Below, piece by piece: positions 36,086-45,292 of a stretch of DNA of 64,000 nucleotides (position 1 is its first letter; each line of letters starts with the position of its first letter). The DNA is from Eutreptiella sp. 'Long Island Sound 2002'. Its lineage: Eukaryota; Protista; Euglenida. The notes beneath the pieces were generated by a model that saw only the letters and a list, made by a program, of their open reading frames with translations, did not search any database and had not been told where the DNA came from. The position numbers were made by a program, and so were the translations under genes. The stretch is from NCBI GenBank assembly GCA_964036045.1, contig OZ038378.1:164672001-164736000 (forward strand), read 5' to 3'.

Positions 36086-39000
36086 TGCGACAGCAGGCCC
36101 CCTTTTGCTGCGCCTGCGTATAATCAGGATTGCTGCTGAGCATCTGATCCTTTGTTTTATTCGGGTGTCTCCTTCTAAGTCTATGTATTCGAACCCCCGA
36201 TGTCAGCCCCGAATGGCGTCTATTTTTGACCTGTAGCACTCTACTCTTCTGCTTCACTGCACGTCCTTCGGGCCGTGCAGACTTTGTACAAAGGTCTGGA
36301 GGTTACAAGTGCGAAGCCTCTGTCCAGAAGTGACCCGAGACGTTCCAAAAGCTCAGGGCAGTGCGCATCGTATCGTGTATTTGTGTTTTCACTGAGACCA
36401 GCTGCGTACTGACGGCAGCTCAGGAACTGGCAGCTCTGTGGCCGTCTGGCAAATGGCAGGCCAGCGAAGGTGACCACCGAACCTTTGTGTTTGTTCACAT
36501 CCAACCCACTCGACCCACTGCTTTGCTGTGCTGACCGGTAGGCTTTGCTTTCAGAGGTCTGCGCATGCTTTTATCCCGCGTTCCCCGCCTGTGGGCCCGC
36601 TTCGCGAGGGTTGGTGAATGCAGTGGTGCCATCTGAGAAACATTCCTGGGATTGCTGACCCTTTGACTTTGTGCGAAATGCATGTGGCTTGTCTTCAAGC
36701 CGTTCCTGCGCCAGTCTGGAAACGAGTTCAATCCGCCTGCCAGTTCGCCGTCAAGTGCTATCACAGGCCCATGGACTGTCTTCGCTTCCTTTTCAAGCGC
36801 TGTTGGCCATCACCTAGCCCTCGGTTGCCATTGGTTACCTTTCAGAAATGACCGAGACTGGCCTTCCCTTCCCTCAGCAAAGCTTCAAGTGCTGTAGATT
36901 TGCTGTCAGTCTTTGCGTTAGCTTTCAGCTGCTGTCAGTTATCTGTGAAGTGTCATCGGTCAGCATTCAACTGTGGCCTGTTGATTGTCAGTTGCTTGCA
37001 GCCTCAACAGCCAATCAGTCTGCAGCCAAACTGCATGCACATTCGGCAAAAAGGCACAAGTGACCCAGCAGGCCTGGTTACGCGCTTGAGGGCCCCCTGC
37101 TGGACTTCGTGGACAAATGGTGTCGCGACTTTGCCGCATATACGCTTGCAGAACTGATGTGGATGCCAGAGTAATTCTGGGGGGTAGCGACCATTGCTGT
37201 TCAGTGGCCTAACACGCGCTTTTCCAAACATGGCGACCGCGTGTTTCCGCATTTTTGGGCCTGTTTCTGGAACCATGGTTTTTGCCCTTCCAAAACTAAA
37301 GAATGTGGTTTTTAGCTTTGTGTAGGCTGCTGGAGCGGTCAATTTGGGTGTCCAAGGGTGGGTGTAGCTGCAATTACATGTGCTCTTGTGTTGTGGTGTG
37401 TATGCTGGCCTGTTGGACATCTTTTTTAGTCATGAACAATTCTCTATCTCCTGCTGGTCCCTGAGGCAGCCCCTAAGCCAACGGCTAAGCCATCCCCAAA
37501 GTGCAAGCATGTTCAGCTCTTGAAGATGAGGCGCAAGGGGTTCTAGTCGGTGCGTGTCAATGAGAATGCAAGCAACTGAGTGGCACCTGAGTTGTGCAGA
37601 TGAACCAATGCTTTGTATTGTTGTGTTTTGAGGGGTAGGGCTGGCTTATGTCTGCAACGTGTGTTCCATTCTACGTATGGCGTGCAAACACGCGCTTGTC
37701 CATGCATGCCAACACCAGTGAAGTCATGGATTATGCATTTTCGAAGACAAAAGACGACACCAGACACACACTACATAAGCTGGATCCCCGCAAAACACAT
37801 GAGATGCGCAACCTAGTTGCCATGGCTTTGGAGCTGTCCAGTTCTACAATGATCCCACACTGTGGGCTGTGCCCTATATCGAAGTCTCACCCCATATTGA
37901 CAGACCGGGGGCTATCCATGCTTAGTACAGGACAAAATCACATGAACCTCGAAGACACAGGTGGCTGCTAGTCATCCTCGGCACTCCTTTGGTCCAAATA
38001 GAACCCTCTAGGCTATGACCCCAGCCACCCACCCACCCATCCACCCACCGACCGACCCTAAGAACTCTAGTTGCACGAGCCACGACAAGCTGGGGACACA
38101 GAGGCCGTCGAATGGTTCACCAGGATGATGCTGAAAGTCCCAGGCACGGCCCCAGCTGCACACCCACAAGACGACAATTGCATGAGTTACACAAACACCA
38201 GGAACAGTACACGTCGATCAACCTTGCTACGGACAAGTAACTGCTACTGAATGATGCTACTGAGCCATGGAACACTACCATGTTTATCGCACACAACGTC
38301 ATGATTTTTCATGACATGCGGGCCAGGAGAGAGCAGTGGCATAGACACCAACACATCACCCAGCGGGGCAGGACTACCGAGAAACACAACAGCACATGAA
38401 GCAAATGCTCCAAGACAGTAAGCGACTGTGACACTTACTAGAACGCTGGGTCCGTGCAGAACGCCGGCAGGCCCTGCTATACCTGAATACAAGGGAGCGC
38501 TTTGCAAGCCTCTACCAACAACAAACGCCCTGGGCACATATGACCCACGAACTGCCGGTCGGCATGAAGTGCAAGGAGCTGACCTAGCTGAAACAAGAGT
38601 CACTGTGGCGCAATTCCTCCTCTACCACAAATGGCCACGCGACTGATATGTGGGAAGTCCCCCTCCCGCCTGTAGTCCAACACCAGATATGACTTAGCAA
38701 CCAGACACAACAGCAACACAAGAGGGCCCAGTCATGAGCTGAATCCCATTTACTTAACTGGGAAGGAGAATTCCGGTTACATTATGCTTTCTCTTCTGAG
38801 ACCATTGCACCTATCTCTGTACTGATGCACGTATGTGCTGGACGAGGCCAGAACACTTTGAGCCCCATTTCATCAAAACAAGCGGGGGTCTACACCAACA
38901 AAACCAACAACACTGCTGTGCAGGACAAAGCAGAAGCTGGTTCAACCACGTGTTCTGCTCCTGAAGTCAACAGAGCACAGCACTGCTTGTCAGAAGAAAA

Positions 39001-40275
39001 CAATGCGGGGCTTCAAAGGCCTGCATAATGATTTGAGTGACTTGCTGAACGTTGTCCTCACCCCCCCCCCATGGGGGAGGGGGGTGGGTTCTGTGTCAAT
39101 GTCTGTGATGTCCAAGCGGCCTCATCTACAGTCCAAGCTCTTCAAAGACAGTTCGCAGAACCAAATCCGAACTCGAATGTCTCCCCCGTGTAGCTAACAT
39201 GTTTTGTGACACCCAGTGCACCCCCTAAGGGGTCATAGCACGGGACTGGAGGGGCCCTACACTGTTACGCGGTTCATGGAGCTCTTCCGCTGGGAAGGAG
39301 TACACAAGACTTGTGGGGATCAGTAGCCAGGTGCACAGCCAATTGTTGTCACTCGTTGCATATATGAGCCAGGATTTGGCGTGGTGTGTCCCCCCCCCCC
39401 CCATCTCGTCCAGCAGGAGGTCCCCTTTTCCCCTCCAGCAGGAGAACAGAAAGCCGTATGGTTAGGCCGAAGGAGTGCATCAGGCTATACGGCCCTGTGA
39501 TTCACTGCGACACATCAACACAGACGCAGCTTGAGGGCGTGGCTGTTTTTCATGCACCATCTAGCTCAGCAACACACAGGTATTGATCTATAGTGGTTCG
39601 CCGTCCACAGGTTATATAACAAATGCAGCTGCCACTGGCACCGCTGATTGAAACCTTGTACCTACTTGTTGTACATTGAATAGTGGAGCACCCCAACCAA
39701 GAAGGGGACACATGCAGCTGTGAGAGAACCTCTGGACTAATGGCTGAAAGTGTCTATGGCGGGGACATTCAGTCGATCAGCACCGACCATTGATCCCCAT
39801 CTCGTCCATTCGTCCCAAAAGATGGACCCATCGCCACAGTATGCCGCTTTGGCTTGCACCGACTGCCACCACAAAGCCCACAAAGAGCAGGTGTGTGTTC
39901 TTATGGTGCCCTTGAGCCCCACCACCAAACCTGTCCCCAGGGTGGCGTTTTGCGCGTGGCGCCAGTTATTACGTTGTTGATCCTGGGAACACCCCTGAAA
40001 ACCACCCACCTACAGAAGCATGCATGATCAATTCAAAACATCATGGGGTGCAGAATTCAGGACCCGTGGCTACCGGTGGCGGAAAACAGCCGACTTTTCG
40101 CACAGCACACGGTGCACCCCCCTGAACCTTGATTCTGAGAGGTTGTCTTGAGTACCCCCCCCCCCCCCTTGTAATAGCTGCACCCTTGCCCAAGCTACAG
40201 CGGGCGTAGGGACCGTATCAATTTGGTACCTAATTTGATCCGCAGCCCACGTGCCCCGCGCGATTTCGTTTTCCG

Positions 40276-42384
40276 GTGGAGGCCTTGTCCGATGAGGTGG
40301 CTATGGGTAGACTGAGAGAGGGGCTCCAGCAGTGGGCAGACAGAGACTTGGGGACCACGGAGTGGTGGGCGGGGGTGACGGGTTTCCTGCAGCGGGAAGC
40401 TCGCGAGTGGCGCCAAGCGCACCCCACCTCGGGTTACACGGAACTGCATAGCCTGGTACGCGAGAGCACACCGGTAAAACTGGCGGTGGGGGCACTGGAC
40501 TACCTAGAGGAGCTGGGATATTCGCCGAGGACGGTGGGGGAGGGGTACGGGCTGTTGGTATCCCTGCTGGTGAACCAGCGCGAGGCCATGTTCAAATCGG
40601 ATATGTGTGATAGGCTAAAACGGCAGTTACAGCCGCGGGAGGTGCGCGTTCAAGGACAGGCAAATCGGCGGCGGACCATCCACAACTTGGTACGGCAGTT
40701 GCGAGAGCGACAGCACGTGGCACGAGTTCGGGACTCGCAGGGGGGGGTACACACCGGGGTGCGGGCGATCGCACAGGCTATGCGGGACTATTGGGCGGGG
40801 GTCATGGCGGGGAATGCAGTAACCGAAGAGGAGTGCTGGCGGTATGTAAGGTCCCTACCCATTCCCCCGAAAATCCTACAGGCGTTGCCTCTGCTTATGA
40901 AGCCACTGTCGCTGGACGTGGTATTGGCGGCTCTCGAGCGGCTTAAAGGGGGATCGGCACCGGGTAAGGATGGTATACCAGCGGAGCTGTACCAGGCGTT
41001 TCCATCTGTCTTTGCTCCGCGGTTATTGTCAGCCATGCAGGATTTCCTTAGGGTGGGGGGGGTGCCAGCGGAGTGGTCGGTCTCTCTGATGCGGTGCCTG
41101 CCTAAGTTTTGTGGGGCGGAACAACCCAAAGATATGAGACCCATTGCGCTCCAGCAGGTATGCCTAAAGTGGGTGACCACTACGGTGATGTTGCAGCTCT
41201 CGGACGTGTGGCCACAGGTGATCCCCCCCTGTCAGAAAGGCTTCGTGCCGGGGCGGCAGATGCTGGATCATGTAATCTATGCCAGGGCAGAGTGGGAGCG
41301 GCTGCCAGACCAGATCATGGTGGCGGTGGATTTTCAGAAAGCCTATGACTCGGTAACTTTCACCCTGTTGCGGGTCACCCTGATCCACCTGGGGTTGCCC
41401 TTGGCGTACGTTGGTTTGTTGATGTCAGTGTCGGCGGGGCCCGTCTTATTTTGCGTGCGGAGGGGCTTTGTGGCCGATGTGGAGCTGAGCCCACGCTCAG
41501 GCATCCGACAAGGGGACCCACTGTCCCCCTTGCTTTTTGACCTGATAACGGTCCTACTAATTTTTGATTTCAAACGGTTGCATGTTACTGTGGTGGTGCT
41601 GCTATACGCAGATGATATTTTGTTGGCGCTGCCGGGGCGGGGGCCGCAACAGGTGGCCGATCTGAGGGCGGTTTTGTATGTCCTGCAGGTGTTTGGGTAT
41701 TTCTCTGGCCTGAGGGTCAATTTTTCGAAAACATATGCGGTAGTCAAGTGTTCGGACCCAGATGCCCCACGGCCGGCCACGTTGGCAGGGCTGACGGTGA
41801 AGGAACAACTCAAGTACCTGGGCATCCAGTTGGGTAATGTGACAGCGGCTGGTGCATACGCACCCGTGGTCGCGAAAATGCTGGCGCGGGCACGCACCCT
41901 GGCCACGTTGCCACTGGGAATGGAGGAGCGGGCGTATCTGTTCGCTACGTGGATAGCCCCAATGGTCTACTTGACTGCACGGGCCTATGCTCCGACGGAG
42001 CATGTGGTGGCGCAACTAAACATGGTCCACAGGGCGGCACTAGACATTAATAACTGGCATCTCACGATGCCGATCTTGGTTCTGCCTCCGGCGGAGGGGG
42101 GTCTGGGGCAGGTAGGATTGGGTATGTACGCGACCTGGGTACACAGCCAAACGTTTGTTCAGGCAGTGGTACGGGCGGCGTCGTTGGCAGAACAACATGC
42201 GCGGCCGTTCCGGGGGTGGGCCGACCGAGTGGGGTTGTTGCTGGAACCGGCGTTTCTTCCCTATCTGCAGCTAGCCAGCCAAGCCTTTCTGCCCAAGCCT
42301 ACCTTTTTGCAGGGTACCGTGAAGGCGTACTCGGTGGTTCGACGGGGGGGGGGGGGGGGCACCGGCTCCCCCCCCCCTGCATGA
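40276..42384 (+). CDS. LINE ORF2, reverse transcriptase domain
   Basis: SAPGKDGIPAELY, MRPIALQQVCLK, QKGFVPGR, VDFQKAYDSV, GIRQGDPLSPLLF, LYADD, VNFSKT, KYLG. The true frame continues by a +1 shift in G16 (42344-42359). Confidence 0.92.
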   Translation: MEALSDEVAMGRLREGLQQWADRDLGTTEWWAGVTGFLQREAREWRQAHPTSGYTELHSLVRESTPVKLAVGALDYLEELGYSPRTVGEGYGLLVSLLVNQREAMFKSDMCDRLKRQLQPREVRVQGQANRRRTIHNLVRQLRERQHVARVRDSQGGVHTGVRAIAQAMRDYWAGVMAGNAVTEEECWRYVRSLPIPPKILQALPLLMKPLSLDVVLAALERLKGGSAPGKDGIPAELYQAFPSVFAPRLLSAMQDFLRVGGVPAEWSVSLMRCLPKFCGAEQPKDMRPIALQQVCLKWVTTTVMLQLSDVWPQVIPPCQKGFVPGRQMLDHVIYARAEWERLPDQIMVAVDFQKAYDSVTFTLLRVTLIHLGLPLAYVGLLMSVSAGPVLFCVRRGFVADVELSPRSGIRQGDPLSPLLFDLITVLLIFDFKRLHVTVVVLLYADDILLALPGRGPQQVADLRAVLYVLQVFGYFSGLRVNFSKTYAVVKCSDPDAPRPATLAGLTVKEQLKYLGIQLGNVTAAGAYAPVVAKMLARARTLATLPLGMEERAYLFATWIAPMVYLTARAYAPTEHVVAQLNMVHRAALDINNWHLTMPILVLPPAEGGLGQVGLGMYATWVHSQTFVQAVVRAASLAEQHARPFRGWADRVGLLLEPAFLPYLQLASQAFLPKPTFLQGTVKAYSVVRRGGGGGTGSPPPA

Positions 42385-42385
42385 A

Positions 42386-42951
42386 TTGTGGTCCTTGGGC
42401 GTTTGGCACTGCGTGTTTTTTCGTAATAAGGTTTGGTTGACCTACTACTGCCCGGCACTGCACCGGAGGGGGGTGCTGCGCTGGTGTGACCTCATCTCGG
42501 GGTCCAAGGTACCACCCCAGCTGTTAGGCACTGTGGCCCCCACATGGCGTGCCATCTATGAGGAGTCGGCTTTGAGGGTGGTGGGGATGTACGAACCCAA
42601 TTTTGCGGTCCCGGCGACCCCTCCGGTGGATAATTGGTCGTTGCAGTGGGCGAAGCGACGGACCCTTTTGGCCATGCAGCAGCGCACGCGCCACGAGGCC
42701 CGTCAGCCCGAGGAAGTATGGCGTGTGTTTGGGCGCCTATACCTCCCCAAATGGGATTTGGATTTTATACGGAGGGTTCTGTGGCGCAAGCTGCCAGTTG
42801 GCGCTCGCATGGAGCGGCTGGGGGGTAAGCTGTGTCCACAGTGCGGGCGGGTGGAGGACCACGCGCACACGCTGAAGCGGTGCTACTTCTCGGCATTTAT
42901 GTTTGATACGGTGAGAAAGGCGTTTGGCCTGGCGCGGGGGGGGGGGGGGGG
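42386..42951 (+). CDS. LINE ORF2 continuation: zf-RVT-like region
   Basis: VLWRKLPVGARM…LCPQCGRVEDHAHTLKRC. Bounded by two G16 runs. Confidence 0.75.
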
Positions 42952-44111
42952 CAGTAGAGCCCAGCAGGCTTCTGCTGGAGGAACCTCTGCTATCGCTGCA
43001 GACGACGCAAGGCCTCGTTTTGTGGGCAGGCCTGCGTGCGCAGTGGAAGCTGCGGTGCGAGGTAAAGTATCAGCATCGGCAGGTTTCGTTGGAGGAGTTT
43101 GTAGCTGTTTGGGTGGGTGTGTTGGAAATCTGGAGGGGGGAGCGCAACATGTCGTGCAGTCGAGTCGATCTGCGCCATTTGATAGCACAGCTCCACAGCT
43201 GGGCGGACCATAAGACGATGTTCCACAGGGCGCCCCAAGCCCCCACGACGGCCAAGCTGCCGTCAGCGCGACCAGACCCGCTGAAGTTAAAGGAGGAAAA
43301 GTGGGGTAGCCACAAGCGATCTTTGTTGGCGGAACTAGAGGGGATGTCGGGTGAGGGGTGGGTCATAGTGTACACGGATGGCTCGGCGAAACGCGTCCGA
43401 GGTGGGATGCAAGCAGGGTACGGGGTTTGGTTCGGGGACAACAGTAATCGTAATTTTCGGGCGCACGTACCAGCTCATGAGCGACAAAGTATCAGCAGGG
43501 GGGAGTTGCGAGGGGTGCTACATGCGATGCTCAGTCGGGAGGCGGGGGAGCGGATGGTGGTGGTGGTGGATTCCGAATACATTTTTAAGGCTATCACAGT
43601 GTGGACGGACAAGTGGAAGAGACACGGGTGGCGCACGTCGTCAGGGGAGGTGGGGCACAGAGACTTGTGGGAGCACATTGATTGGCTTCGCGGGGAGGCG
43701 GGGGACAAGTTACAGGTCCGCTGGGTGCCATCGCACCTCGGGGTGGCCGGTAATGAGGCAGCCGATGAACTAGCGGGGCAGGGCCGGGAGCTGCACCCCT
43801 ATAACCTGCTGCCCTTGTCCAAACGACGCCGAGTCACGGAGTGGGATGCATTGGGGCTGGAGCCCATGGCAGAAGTGTCCGACCGGGACCTGGGGTCAGA
43901 GGTGGACTCTGGGGGGACGTCAAGCGGCAGTTCGACCGCGTCGTCAACGTCGGACGACGAAGACGTTTTTCTGTCCAGCTCGGAAGACATGTCATTCAGT
44001 ACGGATGTCAGTGACACGCGGTTGCGGGGGACGTGGGACAGTGACAGTGATGGGTTCAGTACGGACGTGAGTGAGAGCAGGAAGAGGCGGCGGAGGGGGA
44101 TCGAGTCCTGA
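42924..44111 (+). CDS. LINE ORF2 C-terminus: RNase HI domain + acidic Ser-rich tail
   Basis: YTDGS…GELRG…VDSEY…WKRHGWR…HRDLW…WVPSHLGVAGNEAADELA, with all RNase HI catalytic D/E/D/H/D positions present. The tail has two FSTDVS motifs. Confidence 0.88.
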   Translation: MAWRGGGGGAVEPSRLLLEEPLLSLQTTQGLVLWAGLRAQWKLRCEVKYQHRQVSLEEFVAVWVGVLEIWRGERNMSCSRVDLRHLIAQLHSWADHKTMFHRAPQAPTTAKLPSARPDPLKLKEEKWGSHKRSLLAELEGMSGEGWVIVYTDGSAKRVRGGMQAGYGVWFGDNSNRNFRAHVPAHERQSISRGELRGVLHAMLSREAGERMVVVVDSEYIFKAITVWTDKWKRHGWRTSSGEVGHRDLWEHIDWLRGEAGDKLQVRWVPSHLGVAGNEAADELAGQGRELHPYNLLPLSKRRRVTEWDALGLEPMAEVSDRDLGSEVDSGGTSSGSSTASSTSDDEDVFLSSSEDMSFSTDVSDTRLRGTWDSDSDGFSTDVSESRKRRRRGIES

Positions 44112-45229
44112 GACGGAGGGGCGCCAGTGGCGCCTCTGGACCACGGGGCAACAACGGGGGAGGAGCATACCAGAAACACGCGTGGCTCCCAAGCCACGGT
44201 CGGTGGCGAGGTCGACGGGCACGCCACCGGGCATATCCGCCTTGAAGGTCTGCACTAAGTGCATACCGCAGCAGCAACCGCTAGGGTCGGTGGGGGGGGG
44301 AGAGACCTGGTGGTTTCCGCGGCCGGTACACGGCACATCGGGCATTAGCATATCGGAAACACGCTTGTCTCCCACGTCATGGGTCGTGGGTTCGAAACCC
44401 GGCGGACAGGTCGCTGGGGATTCATCATAGTGGTCGACACGGGGGGTGGTATTATTTTCGTCTCGGAGGTACCTGTCAGCTCAACCCAGTTCCTACTGAG
44501 GGTAGGGAGGGCGACCTGACCTATCCTGAAGAACTGTGGCGGCGCCTCCGGCGCCGTATCCGAAGGAGAGCTGTGGCGCTTCGCTGGACAGATGGGACAA
44601 TGTGTGCCGCGGCTCCGCCGCGTGATACTTGCTGATTGAGGGCATAGGTCTGTCGGTGGGGACCTATTGCTGAACTTTCCACTGTTCTATGGCCAAGCTA
44701 CAGCGGGCGTAGGGACCGTATCAATTTGGTACCTAATTTGATCCGGTACAAATGTAGTGGAGCTACATAAGACATGGGTTTGGTGACAAATTTGCCAGTG
44801 ACATAGGGCCATGGACACTTTTGTTGTGAGTGTTTGCCCACTTGAACCCACATAGCTCTGATTTTGGGGATATTTGTGCATTACATTCCCCTTTCTTGCA
44901 CCAGCTCACCATCTGTGTGGTATGTGCAAGCTACGGCCTTGTCTAAGCTACCATAGGCGTAGGGACTGTATTAATTTGGGACTTTTCTGTAGCTATTACA
45001 AGGGGGGGTACCCCAGGGTACACCAGCTCATCTTGGTTTGGACCCTGCCAAAAAAGATACAGGGCACAGCCCACTGTGCATAGTGGGTTGAAGCTTTATT
45101 GTGAAGGACACACATTATTGGACTGAAGGCTGACATGCCTATGGTGGGGGCATTCAGTCAACGACAACCGACCGTTGCTCGCTATTTGGACGCTGTGGAG
45201 TTGAATGCTGTTGATCAAATGGTTCCTCG

Positions 45230-45259
45230 CTCTCTGAGTCTCTATTTTTTTTTTTTTAG
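45230..45259 (+). promoter_or_regulatory. Relict SL-like sequence, now a probable trans-splice acceptor
   Basis: CTCTCTGAGTCTCTA-T13-AG vs SL CTTTCTGAGTGTCTA-T8-CG: 13/15 matches plus the T-run. Ends in AG 33 nt before the ATG at 45293. Confidence 0.65.
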
Positions 45260-45292
45260 AACCATGCGCCTTTGTTAGCCTTCGCTGAACGC

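Larger units (their letters stand above)
40243..44692 (+). mobile_element. Young 5'-truncated non-LTR retrotransposon (L1/Tx1-like LINE with RNase H)
   Basis: Contains RT, a zf-RVT-like CxxC motif and RNase H. Flanked by an exact 53-bp direct repeat (40190-40242 and 44693-44745). No endonuclease domain, and no poly(A) tail visible. Confidence 0.92.
40155..45008. mobile_element. ~351-bp MITE (TA target duplication) split by a LINE insertion
   Basis: Left end TA|C(n)TTGTAATAGCT (40153-40179) and right end AGCTATTACAAG(7)|TA (44991-45010) are inverted repeats. TA flanks are typical of Tc1/mariner-derived MITEs. Confidence 0.7.

Noticed and set aside
36240-39300. Possible further retroelement relics
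   Set aside because: Only marginal motif echoes; too degraded to call by eye.
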